Shown: positions 23,928 through 37,491, numbered from the stretch's first letter. The stretch: 42,403 nt of DNA from Parvularia atlantis (GCA_943704415.1 CALSCO010001185.1:1-42403); one strand, 5' to 3'. Translations and numbers: made by a program. The notes: generated from the letters alone by a model not told the origin.

Positions 23928-26008
23928 ATGGCGGACGGGTCAGCAATATCGATTTTCGAACGGATGTCGCCGCGCGCCGTGGTTGTGCTCGGCCTCGCGC
24001 TGCTCGCGGCGGCCGTGGCCGTGCCGTGGCGGGGTGTGGTGCCGGCAACGCTCGGCACGGTGCAGGCGGACTGTGTGGGGGTGCAGCACCAGCTCGACGA
24101 GGCGCTGCTGCTGCGCGCGAGCGCCGCCAAGCAGCTCAACGACGCCGAGGGCGAGCTCGAGCGCCTCGCGCGCGTCGTGGCCGAGGCGGCGGCCGAGCGC
24201 GACGCGCTACAGACGCGCCTCAACCGCGCCGTCGCCGAGCGCCGCGAGCTGCAGACGCGCGCGACCGATGCCGAGGCACGTGCGACGGCTGCCGAGACGC
24301 GCGCGGCCGATGCCGAGGCACGCGTCGCATCAGCCGAGGCCCGCGCGGCCGCATCCGAGGCGCGCGAGGTCGAGGCCGTCACGCAACTCGCCGCCGCCAG
24401 CGTGCACGTGGAGCGGCTCGTGGCCGACGTCGCGGCCGTGCCCGTGGTCGACGCCGTCGCAACCGACTGCGACTGTCAGGCGACGCGCGCCCAGGCCGAC
24501 GCCGACTGCGACGCGCGCCTGCGCCACCACGATAAGGAGTGCGCCGCGAGCCGCGCGGTGCTGCGCGACGAGGTGCTGGACGAATGCAGCGACGTCTGCG
24601 TGCAGAGCCTCGAGGAGGCCGAGGACGACTACGACGTGCGCGTGCACGAGCTCGCCGACGCCACCCGCGTGACCGAGCTCGCGCTGCGCGACGAGCGCGA
24701 GAAGGCGCTCAACCTCACGCGCCAGCTCGACGACTTGCGCAGCGACCTGCGCTACGCCCTCGCCCACGAGCTGCGCCAGCAGCGCCACGAGTACTTCTGG
24801 GGCGCGCTCGTCGTCGACGGCAACGGCGGCGTGCACTCGCCGCTCCTGGCCGACCCGGCCGTGTGGGGCACGCTCGTGGGCCTCGCCGCGGCCTGCGTGC
24901 TGCTGCAGCACTGGTTTACTGGCACCGTCCTGCTCACCACGCGCCTCGTCTCGGCCGCGCTCATCATCGGCCTCGCCGCGGCCGACTACGCCTTTATCGA
25001 CGCCCGCACCCTGCCCGGCAGCCCGCTCGCCGACACGGTTTCGCGCCTGCTCGAGCCCGTCGACGTGCGCCTCAGTCTCCTCAGCGCGCTCGTGCTGTGG
25101 TTGCTTGCACTCAGCCTTAGCGGCGGCGGCGGCCTGTCTCTGCTGCTCCTGACGCTCCTCGGCCCGCTGCACCTCGTCGCGCCCACTGCGGGCGCGGGCG
25201 CACTCGTGCTCCAGCGGGCGCCCGGCAGTGGCAGCGGAAGCGATGCGCACGAGACGCACGAAGACGACGAGACCGCGTACCGCCGCACGCGCGCGCACGC
25301 CGGCAAGGTCAACGGCAAGGCGGCGGTCAACGGCACGTCGACGCTGGCGCAGCAATTGCCCGTTCTCAAGCCCGAGCCCGCACCCGAGGCCGCACCCGCG
25401 CTCGCACCCGCGCCCGCGCCGACGCCCGTGACCGTGACCGTGCCCGTGCCCGCGACGGTCGAGCCTGTGCCCGCACCCGCGCTGCAGCCCGCACGCACGG
25501 TCAAGGCGGCACGCAGGATCGTCGACCGGGCTGCGGGCGTGGCGGGCCTGGACATGCCGCACTACGACACGTTTGACGACGCGCTCGATGTCGTCGACCC
25601 GCTCCTACCGCCGCCTCAGCCCGCCCGGCCGCCGCCGCAGCCCGCGGAGCCATCGCAGCCCGCGGAGCCGACGGCGGTGCAGTCGCAGGAGCCTGCTGCG
25701 GCCGCCGACACGAGCCACACGGACGAAGACATTGCCGAGGCACGTCTGTACTGTGCAGCGCGCGGGTTGTGCCCCTGACGCTGCGTGCGCACGCAGACCA
25801 GCACAGACGAGCGCGACCTCAACGCAAGCGTCGCCTCCTCCATTGTGGCCAGCGTGCGTGTCGCTGCCGTTGTTCGTGCGTATGCCTGCTGATGACGCGC
25901 ACACTGCAGGACACCTCGTTCGCCGCACCGGACACCTCGCGCACGAGCGTGAGCCTGGACAAGTCGTTCACGAGCACCAGCGGCGCCGCACGCTGGATGA
26001 CCCCGTAG
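23928..26008 (+). CDS. Unknown membrane protein: signal peptide/anchor, long coiled coil with a Cys cluster, 2-4 TM segments, Pro/Ser-rich tail; 3 exons (alternative start 23964)
   Basis: 1.8-kb open first exon with strong GC3 codon bias, then introns 25740-25796 (GC-AG) and 25854-25909; stop TAG at 26006-26008. Confidence 0.7.
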
Positions 26009-26059
26009 AGTTTTTGGAGTGTGGTCTAGGCCTGGTCTACACAGCGCAGCGCAGCCAAC

Positions 26060-29000
26060 TTACGTCGCCTGTCTTTGCCCGGCCATCATGAGGGCTGCGA
26101 ACACCGCGTCAGCCGTGTGCACAAGGCGCGCGCCGCCTGACGCACTGTTGAGCAGCGAGCGCCAGTTGCTCGCTGTCGCGGCCTCGATGTGCTCGCGGTA
26201 CCGCTCCTGCGCCGCGCTCTCCTGCTCGGCGTTCTCGGCCACGTCCGCCCGACGGCGCTCCTCGGCCTCGGCCTCGGCCTGCGCCTGCTCTTGCCGGAAG
26301 CGCACGTACGCGTCCGAGTGCACGGGGCGCGGCACAGGCGGGAGCACGTCGAGCGGCGGCCGAGAGAACCAGAGCAGCTTGCCGTCGGACGTGTGCGCGT
26401 ACTGCTCGACTGTGCGACGGCCGCGTCAGATCGCACACGCAAGCGGCGACACAAGCCGCGCGCGCGCACCAAACTCCTTCGACAGCACGCCCTCGTTGAT
26501 ATACGTTGGCGGCACGTGCTCGCGCACCGGCAGAAACCTACCAAACATCTCGCTGCGCGTGCGCGAGCCGTACTTGGCGACAAACTCGGGACGGTGCGCG
26601 GCGCGGATGTGCGTAAAGAGCGCCTCGGACGACGCAAACGACCTGCCACAGGACAGCGCGCGCGCGCGCGCGCACGTGAGCGGATGCAGGTGCCAGCCGG
26701 ACGCGCGCGGTGACGGACAAGTGCTCGCACTCCTCAAAGTTGCAGCTACCCGATGTCTGCAAGGGGGACGGCGCGTCAGCTTCGGTCGTGAAAGCGGCGG
26801 ACACGCGCACCGCATCGGCCATCTCGAGCATCGACATCGGCGGCGGCTCCGGGATCACGCCGGGGCGCTGCGTCCGCGCGCGTGAGTGCCTCACAGAGCG
26901 CGGCACCGCGCGGCACCTTCCAGTACTCGGCCAGCCACGCCGAGATCGAGCTCTCCTCCACGCGCTCGGCGATTGCGGCCTGGATCGCGGGCTCGAGCAC
27001 GCCGCCCGGGGGCATGTTCTTGATCAGCAGCTTGTACCGCTCGCGCAGCTTGGGCGTCGTGTCGTGATTGTTGGCGCGCAGCACGTCAGCGCACGCGTCC
27101 CGCACGCGGCTCCAGTCGCGCGTGCCGAGCTGGCCGGGCGCATGTCAGGCGTCGTGCGCCGTGCAAAAGGCCGCAGCGTCGCACCCGCGCCACTGCCTGT
27201 GCCAGCGCCAGCGTCTCCTGCATCGTCCAGCGGATGAAGCCCGTCTCCTTCTCGCCGCGGCGCCCGTCGCTCTCGGCCGGCGCGGCAGCGGTTGCGGGCG
27301 ACAATGTCGAGCCCTCGCCCGGCACCGACAACTGCGCGCTCGTGTGAGCGGCGCCGCTCGGCTGTGCGCATGGTCGCACCCTGATTCGCTTGGACACGGA
27401 CCCGCTGTCGGCCTCGGTTGCGGCGTGTCGCTTGCCGTGGTCGTCCGCCTGGCGATGTCGCGTGAACGGGCGAGCGTGTACGTTCATAAGCGCTGCGCAC
27501 CTGCCCACGTATCCTGATCGTGTGGTCGTGCAGTGGTGACATCAGGCTAGGCAGGCGGATGACCGTGCGCCTGCAGCGTGTCAGCGGAGCGTGCCAGCAC
27601 GCGCACACGCACTCTTCTTCGGCCGCGGGCTCGGTAGTTGCCTCGGTCGCAAACACCGACGGCACGGTCTTGGTCAGCGCCTTGCGCGGTTCGCTGGATG
27701 CCCGCGCGGCGTGAGCACGCACGCACACAGCACGCTGTAGCGCACCCGACGAGCGGCGGGTGGTACACCTCGTTCGCCTGCTGCTTCTTGGGCAGTGCCG
27801 ACTTCCAGTTTTTGATCGGCTCGATCGCCTTGTCGGCCTCGACGTAGCGCGACTCGCACACGTACACGTCCTTGTCGTCAAAGCCCTCCGGGTGCCCTGC
27901 GGCGGTACGGTCAGCGCAACGGACCGCCGCAGGATGCGCCGCGTTGCCCACCCTTGACGTAGTCCTTCACGTAAAGCACGCAGCACTTGCCCTGGACGTC
28001 GTCGAACGAGTAGTCGTATGCACTGCGCGTGCGGAACACCTGCGCCGGCCGGAGGGCATTAGCACACCCTGCACGCCACTGCAAGTCCGCGGGCCGCGCC
28101 TCGTTGACGTAAAACTTGCGCGTCGGCACGTGGAACGTCTGCTCCGGGCGCATAAACGGGCAGCCGATGAAGCCCTTGTTGCGCGTCCTGACCACCGCCG
28201 CCGCCTCAGCACACTGCAGCAGAGCGCATTTTTGGCAGCGCGCACCCCTTCTCGGACCAGAGCTCGTGGATCTGCACGATCGCCGGCTTGGTCGCGTCCT
28301 CCGGGTTCTCGATGTAGACAAAGTCGCCTGCGCCCCCCATACACGCGTTGTCAGTGTGCCGCACGGGGGCATAACAGCGCCCGCACGCACCAACCTCGTA
28401 CTTGACGCCGGCCACGGTCATCGCGTCGAGGTAGTTGCGCGTCTCGAGGCGCTGCGTCGAGGGGTCAGGCGACGACCAAGCGACTGCCGTGCGTGACCGC
28501 GTACCTCGTCGATCTTGGAACTGTCGTCGGCCTTGACCGGCGCGGGCTTGGGCGCCTGTGCCACGCCGGACCTCTCCTTGAGCACGCGCTTGAACATGCG
28601 CTGCACATCGGCGCCGCGAGGGTGAGCGAGGCGCCATCATGCGTGTGCGCGCGCCGCCGCCACCTGCAGGTACACTGCGTCGTCGTAGATCTCCGAGCGC
28701 GGCTTGTTGTAGCTCTTGGCGTTGTCGAAGACGAGGTGCATGTCGTGCTCAAACGCGCCGAGGCTCTCGTACTCGCCGCGGCCGAGCTTGTCCTGTCCGC
28801 ACGGGTGAGGCACGCAGCGGCGGCGTCGAGGGTGGCCGCCGCACCTTGATCGTCTTGAGGTCCATCGGCTCGGCGATCTCCTGGTAGTAGTCGGGCAGCT
28901 CGCGCTTGCTCGGCAGCCTGCGCACGGCGGCCGCGATCAATCGCGCTGCGATGCGATGAGGACGGCGCACTTGAGGAACAGCTCGGCGCGCGCGCGCCCG

Positions 29001-29156
29001 CCGTCATCCTTGGCGCCGCGGATCTGCTCCCAGATGGCGAGGCCCGCCTCCTTCGCCTCGCGCGCCTCCTTCGCCTCCGTCGTCTCCTTCGGCTGGGTGG
29101 CGCGGCGCGCGTGAGCGGCGAGCATCATGGCGTCCGCATCGGTGACACACCGCCAT
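26060..29156 (-). CDS. Bromodomain + BAH chromatin protein (RSC1/2 or polybromo-like) with additional Myb/SANT-like and C2H2 motifs
   Basis: ELFLKLPSKRELPDYYQEIAEPMDL..FDNAKSYN..SEIYDDA (bromo); YEVGDFVYI..IVQIHELW..FMRPEQTFH..KFYVNEVF..GKCCV..VYVCESRY (BAH). Start inferred as ATG GCG|GT intron. Confidence 0.85.
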
Positions 29157-29179
29157 GACTATTGCCTGGCTGCGCTGCA

Positions 29180-30818
29180 ATGTGCGCGCACGTCTACCAC
29201 GAGGCGGCCTGGGTGCTCGACGCGCTCGGGCAGCGGCGCGCGGCGCTCAAGGTGCGTTCCGTGCGCGCGCCACAGGATCATGCCGATCCGCTGACGGCGT
29301 TGGTCGTCGCGAAGACGCTCGTGCACGCGCCCGAGGTCACTGAGAAGCGCAAGGTGTACGCGCTGGTAACGCAGACGCTCAAGTACCGCGCGGTGCTGCA
29401 GGACGTGCTGGCGGCGGCCGGGTGGGCCGCGACGCCCGAGGGCCGGCGCACGCGCCCGTCGCTCGCGCTCGTCCTCGCGCACGATCTGCTCGTGAGCGGG
29501 CGCGGCGTCCAGTGCGGCGGACCGCTTAAGACCGCCCTCGCGCCGCACCGTGCCCGCCTCCGCGCCGAACTCTCGCGCATCCTCGTGCGCCGCCACGCGC
29601 GCGCCGTGGACGAGCTGCTCCCACCCGAGCTGCGCGACCCCGCCTGGATCCCGCGCTGGGTCCGCGTCAACGCCCTGCGCGCGCGCTCGCGTCAGGACGT
29701 GCTCGACCGCCTCGCGCGCGACGGCTGGCGCACGGTCGACCCGGCCGTGACGCCGCTCGACGCCCTTACGGGTGCCGGCGGCCAGTGGGCGCGCGCAGAC
29801 GATCTCCTGCCTGAGCTGCTCGCGCTGCCGCCCGCGGCCGACCTGCACGAGCACCCGTGGTACCTCGACGGCACGCTCGTGCTGCAGGACAAGGCCTCGT
29901 GCCTGCCCGCGGCCGCGCTCGGCGTGTCACCGGCGACGCGCCACGCGATCGACGCCTGCGCCGCGCCCGGCAACAAGGCACGCGCGCGTCTGCAACGCGT
30001 CGACGCCCGCCGGCTGATAGACCGCGCGGCGGCGCAGACCAGCCACCTCGCGGCGCTCATGGGTAACCGCGGGCGCATCTCGGCGTTCGACACGGACGCG
30101 CGGCGGCTGGCGCTGCTGCGGACGCTGACGGCGCGCGCGGGCGCGACCAACATCGTCGCGACGCACAAGAGCTTCCTCGACGTCGACCCGCGCGACGCGA
30201 CGTACGTCGACGTCACCCACATCCTGCTCGACCCGTCGTGCTCCGGCTCGGGCATAGTCGCGCGGCTGGACGAGCTGGTCGACGGCGGCGGCGACGAGCA
30301 CGACGACGCGGCCGACAGCGCCGAGGACCGCCTCACCGCGCTGGCCGCGTTCCAGACCGCCGCGCTCAAGCACGCCCTCGCCTTCCCGGCCGTGCAGCGC
30401 GTGGTCTACTCGACGTGCTCGGTGCACCAGCGCGAGAACGAGGACGTGGTGCGAGCGGTGCTCGAGTCGCCCGAGGGCGCGGGCTTCGGCCTCGTGCGCG
30501 TCTTTCCCGAGTGGCCGCGGTGCGTCGCCCGGGCGATCTACATTTGCGCACGGAAGTCTGAGCGCTTGCGATCGCAGACGCGGCCTGCCCGTGTTTGCCG
30601 GCGCCGAGTGCTGCCTGCGCACCGTGCCGCGCGAGGACCACATAATCGGTTTCTTTGTCGCGCTCTTTGAGCGGCGCGACGGCAACGGCGGATTGCTAGC
30701 GGGCAAGCGGGCGGCCGACGACCCCGGGCACGCGCCCGCCAAAAAGCGCCACCGCGCGGGCAAGAAAAACAAGAGGAAGAACAAGCACCCAGATGTAAAC
30801 AATGCAAGCAGTTTGTAG
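29180..30818 (+). CDS. NSUN5: 28S/25S rRNA m5C methyltransferase NSUN5/Rcm1
   Basis: YALVTQTLKY, IPRWVRVN, LQDKASCLPA, IDACAAPGNK|TSHLA, ILLDPSCSGSG, VVYSTCSVHQRENEDVV, GFFVALFER. Confidence 0.95.
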
Positions 30819-30827
30819 CAGCAGTAT

Positions 30828-33800
30828 CTAGTCCGACTGCCAGCCGGACTCGTCCTCTTCGTCGGCCTCGGCCTCGCCGACGTTCTTGACGTAGCCCATC
30901 TGACGGCACACGTCAGGGCAGGCCGCCCGCACTGGTCACAGCAGGGGCGCACCTGCGCACGCAGGCCCGAGATTTGGTTGAACAGCTGGCTCATGTCGAA
31001 CGCCGACGGGCCGTTGTTGGTCGGCCGCGGGCGCGGCTCGACCGTGACCTGCGCCGTCGCGTCAGCACTGCGTGGCGGCCACTGGCAGCGCAGGCGCACC
31101 TTCTTCAGTCGGTCGCGCCCGCCGGTGCTGATGTCGCGCAGCAGGTCGTTGCGCGACCCGGCCGGCACCGCGGGCGACGTCGGCACACTCTCGGGCTCGT
31201 CATCGGCCGTCGGCACCGCGTACGCCCGCATCGACGCACTAGGTGCCCGCCCGCCCGCACCCGGCCCGGGTGGCGGTGGCGGCGGCGGCGGTGGCGGGGC
31301 GCCGGGTGCGCTGGTTACAGTAGCCGGCGCTGGTCCCGGCGGCGGAGGTGGCGGTGGCGGTGGCGGCGGTGGCGCGCCAGAGGCAGCGGGCTGCGGTGTC
31401 GGCGTGGGTGTCGGCGTGGGCGTGGGCGTGGGCGTGGGCGTGGGCGTCGCTGCCGGCGTGAAGAAGCCACTATGCGCAAACACGCAGCGATCAGGCCTGA
31501 CCGGTGCATCGGCGCGCCACGCACTTGGCCGCCGTTGTGCTCGGCTTACTGGCTGCCTTACTGGACACTGAACCGGCCTTGCTGCGCGCCTGCGAGCCGG
31601 CGGTGGCCGGCTTCGGCTGCGGGGGCGGCTGCTTGACGATCACGTCCTTGGCCACTGCGACCGTGGCACGCGTGAGCACACCGGCGATCCGCGAGCGACA
31701 CAGCAGCACCTGCGCGTGCCGAGTCGTCGTCGTCAGCCGAGTACGCCGCGAGCTTGGACACGGTGCGCTGGTCGGAAGACGTCACGGCCAGGCGCTCGAC
31801 CTCGTACGCGTTGCCGACCGACGAGCGCAGTTCCACACGCCCGTCCAACCGGTCCAGCTCAGCCTGTAGCGTGCAGGAGCGTCAGCGCATGGCGGACCGG
31901 ACAGCCGGCGCGCACCAGGCTCTCGTCCAGCGTTGACACGACGGCCTGCGCGTACAGGCGCCAGCACACGACGAACGAGCGCAGGATGATCTTCATCTCG
32001 AGCGCGCGGTTCGCGAAGAACAGCTGCGTAACGGCAGCGGCAGGTGAGGCGGCGCGCTGAGGGCCGCAGCTAGAGCGGGCGTACCTCGCATTCGGTTAGG
32101 AACTGGTCAAAGACGACGTCGAGGTTCTCGAGGTGCTGCTGGTACACCTGGTCAGCCGCGAGCTCGGCCGCGACGAGCTCGGCGAGCTGCGGGCGACGCA
32201 GTCAGAGCAGGGCGCGGCTGGGCTTAGGCCTGCCGCACCTCCTCCTCCAATAGCGGCTTGACGGTGCTGGCGTGCGCGCGCGCGATCTGGTACTGCTTGT
32301 GCGAGACAAAGTTTTGGCGCCACACCTCGAGCGGGCGGTACTGCGCGTGAGTTGCGTCAGCAGCGCGATTCGGGCACGCGTTGCGTGCACCTCATTGCTC
32401 TCGAAGGTGCGCACAAAGTGGTAGAACTCGGACACGCAGTTCATGTAGTCGCCCAGCGCGTCCGCGAACGACTCGTCGCGCAGGGCGATGTGCTGCAGGC
32501 GGACCTCAGCGGCGGAGCGGGACGCATCAGTTTGCGCACCTCCATGTTCCACGCCGCGAGGCGCTTCATGTCCATGTGCAGCTTGCCCATCGCGTCCATC
32601 AGCGTCTCGGATACACCGGGGGAGGCGACCTCCTCGAGCTTGCGCAGGGCCTCGAAGCGCACGCCGAGCTCGCCGGTGTAGTAGCTGTGTAGCGCGGGCG
32701 CAGGTATGAGGGACGCGAGGGGCAGCTGCTGCAGCAACGGCGTGCGCACTTTTTAGACATCTGCTCGTCGTTGAGGCGCATGCGCGTGCGGTCGAGGATC
32801 ATGAGGCTGCGCTTGAACTGCGCCAGGTACATCTTGACGGCGTTGATGAACAGCGGCTGGTCGATCGCGCTCAGGTCGTGCTTGAGCTCCGTCAGGCCGA
32901 TCTGGCGCAAGTATCTGCCGCGCGCATGCCCGTCAGCCGCGCGCCAGACGCCAGCACACGCGGGCGCACTTGGCCAGGCCCCACACGCCCTGGTTCGGCA
33001 CCTCGACCGCCATCGCCGCCTTCTGGGCCTTGAAGTCGGCCTGGATGACCTTGCTGGCGGCGTCTGCGCGCGCCGCAGTAAGCTGCTGCTACCACTGCCA
33101 GACGCACCGATGCGTCCGCACCGATCTTCTTCATGCCCTCCTGGAAGTCGGCGTTCGAGCGCGCCGAGAGGAAGTGGATGACGGCGTTGTGCGTGCCAAC
33201 GTGCGGGTTCTCGCGCACGCGGTTGAGCAGGCGCTGCAGCGCCTTCTGCCGCTTGAAGATGAAGCGCTGGTGCGAGGCGCGTGAGTGCCGCGTGGCAGGC
33301 GGGGGCGCGCACCTCCTCAAAGCGGCCAAACATCTGCTTGGGCGGCATCGGCGGCAGGAACACCCACGGCAGCTGCTTCTTGAGCTGCGGTGGAGGGCGC
33401 GTGAGACCGCATGTTGCTGGACGCCGCGAGAGAGCGCACCGTCTCGTGCAGCCACAGGAAGTAGCTGTAGCGCCGGCGCACGGCGATACCGGACGCTGCG
33501 CGCGCCGTCAGCCGCGCCTGCCGCGTTCAGCCGCGCCGCACCGTAGTCGGTGATCTGGTAGCTGATGTACTTGAACCAGTTGCCGCCCGTGACGGGGTTA
33601 TGCACGCGTAGGCTGCGCTCGGGCACAATCTCGTGCACCTGGCCCGTCGCGATCGCTCCGCGTCAGGCGCCGCGCGCCATCGACCTCGCGTCCGCTCGCC
33701 GCACCAGCCGCTCGGCCAGCGACGGCCCCTGCGGGCCCTGGTGCCGCTCCTTGACCTTTTCGTCGCGCTCGCGCACGACAGCGTACCAGCGCTGCAGCAG

Positions 33801-34344
33801 CACCTGCCCGCGCGGCGCTGGCGTTGCGCACGTCGCGCGTGAGACGCGCCCGCAGAGACAGCGAGGGAGACGCGACGCACACTCGGCTTCAAAGTCGGCC
33901 GCCTGCAGCGCGCGCTTGAGCTCCTCGTACGTCTGCGGGTCGGCGCTGACGGCCGCGAGGGCCACGGCGGCGGGCGCGGGCGCCGACGTGGGCGAGGCGG
34001 CGGGCGTGCTCGGCTTGGCAGGCCGCGCGGGCCCGAAGATCGCGCTCTCCTCGCTCGCGGACGCCTCGGCGCGCTGCGTCGACGCCGGTGGCTGCTGCCG
34101 TGCCGGTGCCGGTGCCGGTGCCGCTGCCGGTGCCGCTGCCGCTGCCGGTGCCGCTGAGCGGGTGTCACACGGTGCAAGCCGCTCAGCATGTGCGCGCGGT
34201 CAACGCACCCCGCGTCGTCGCTGACGCCGCCGCGCCGCCCCCGCCGACGACGCGCCCGGCCACCGCCGGCACGCTCTTGTCGACCGTCTGGACCTTGCGC
34301 AGGCGTGCGCCCGACTGGATCGAGGCCTGCAGCGCGCTGTTCAT
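30828..34344 (-). CDS. WH2 - PX - BAR-like helical domain - poly-Pro - WH2/central/acidic (WCA) protein: sorting-nexin-like actin nucleation-promoting factor
   Basis: N-terminal ALQASIQSGARLRKVQTVDKS; PX motifs YISYQI..RRRYSYFLWLH..LPPMPPK..FIFKRQKALQRLL..FL; helical region; P-rich tracts; RNDLLRDISTGGRDRLKKV; FDMSQLFNQISGLRAQM; EAEADEEDESGWQSD*. Frame is continuous across the junctions I checked. Confidence 0.8.
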
Positions 34345-34502
34345 CTCGGGAGTTGCCCCGGTACACTCAAAATGATGTTAGTGAGGGAACTTGATCTCAA
34401 CTGTTTCGATCTTCGGTAACTGAGCTCACGCCATCGAGGGCGCGCACTCACAAGCAGGGGCCGCACCACGGGCGCGCCGCCAAGAACACAGACACGGCAC
34501 GC

Positions 34503-36289
<1,787 letters not shown>

Positions 36290-36465
36290 CTCGTGTGCTG
36301 CTGGCGGAGGGACGAAGAGTTGGGGGCGTGTGAAGCCGGGGTGAAAGTGGCGCCATGTGGCCGCGCGCACGTGGCCGGCGGTGCCCCTCGAGCTGCAGCT
36401 CATGTTTCGGGGCTGGGCCGCGAAACCCGAGCTGCCAGCCCGCCGTAGGGAAGGGCACAGTCAGG

Positions 36466-36481
36466 TCTCTTTTCCTTCTCT
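36466..36481 (+). promoter_or_regulatory. Polypyrimidine (TCT/5'TOP-like) tract upstream of RPS11
   Basis: TCTCTTTTCCTTCTCT lies 20 nt before the RPS11 ATG; such tracts are typical of ribosomal-protein gene starts. Confidence 0.45.
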
Positions 36482-36501
36482 GTCCCGGACCGCGCACAGC
36501 C

Positions 36502-37344
36502 ATGCAGGCCGAGCTGCAGCAGGTGCGTCGCCGTGCGGCTGCCGCGGCGCGTCCCGGCGGGATCGTGGCGCGGGGCGGGCGGTCGAGGGCGTGGCGACGG
36601 CGCGACGTGCGCGACCGCGGAGCGTCGACGGCGCTGCAGGCGTCTTTCCCCCCCCCCCCCTCTCACGTCTTGCCTCGCTCGCCCGCGTGCGCCTTGTCTG
36701 CTCACGAGCGCGCACGTCGCTGCAGACCGAGCGTGCGTACCAGAAGCAGGAGGCCGTCTTCCAGAACTCGAAGTCGGCGCTGCTCAAGAAGACCAAGACC
36801 GGCCGCTGGGTCAAGAACGTCGGCCTCGGCTTCAAGACGCCGCGCGAGGTGCGCGCACGCACGCGCCCGGCACACCCGTCGGCGCGGTGGCCAACACACC
36901 TGCGCGCGCGTGCGTGCGCGTGTGTTTTTCCAGGCGATCGAGGGCACGTACGTCGACAAGAAGTGCCCGTTCACCGGCAACGTGTCGATCCGCGGCGCCA
37001 TCCTCTCGGGTACGGTCGCGTCCAACAAGATGAAGAACACGATCACCGTCCGCCGCGAGGTGCGGCCCCGGCGTCGCGAGGCCGTGCGCCCGGGCCCACA
37101 GGCAGTATCGCTGACACCGCCCGCGGCGCATGCGGCGCAGTACCTGCACTACGTGCGCAAGTACAACCGCTACGAGAAGCGCCACAAGAAGCTCTCGGCG
37201 CACCTCTCGCCCGCGTTCCGCGTGGAGGAGGGCGACACGGTCACGGTGGGCCAGTGCCGGCCGCTGTCGAAGACCGTGCGCTTCAACGTGCTCAAGGTCG
37301 ACAAGAAGCAGAGCGCCGCGAGCAAGAAGTTCCAGAAGTTCTGA
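36502..37344 (+). CDS. RPS11: Cytosolic 40S ribosomal protein S11 (uS17), 4 exons
   Basis: [67 protein letters not shown]. Confidence 0.98.
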   Translation: MQAELQQVRRRAAAAARPGGIVARGGRSRAWRRRDVRDRGASTALQASFPPPPSHVLPRSPACALSAHERARRCRPSVRTRSRRPSSRTRSRRCSRRPRPAAGSRTSASASRRRARCAHARARHTRRRGGQHTCARVRARVFFQAIEGTYVDKKCPFTGNVSIRGAILSGTVASNKMKNTITVRREVRPRRREAVRPGPQAVSLTPPAAHAAQYLHYVRKYNRYEKRHKKLSAHLSPAFRVEEGDTVTVGQCRPLSKTVRFNVLKVDKKQSAASKKFQKF

Positions 37345-37491
37345 GCTCTCTGCGCTTGCGCGCCTCCCCCCCCAATCACCACCACCCTGCTGGACGCGTG
37401 TGCGCGTGTCGCTGTGTGGTGTGAACCGGTGCAGCGTGGGACAACCCCCTCGAAACAAGACCGTTCAAGCCTTGTGCTGTTGTCGTCAATA

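Noticed and set aside
36368..36465. CACGTG (Cbf1-like) upstream of AHCY and CAGTCA (Homol-D-like) upstream of RPS11
   Set aside because: These are single short matches. CACGTG is frequent throughout this GC-rich window and the Homol-D match is incomplete.
36523..36725. Long RPS11 intron 1 as a snoRNA host
   Set aside because: No C/D or H/ACA boxes or closing stem were recognisable.
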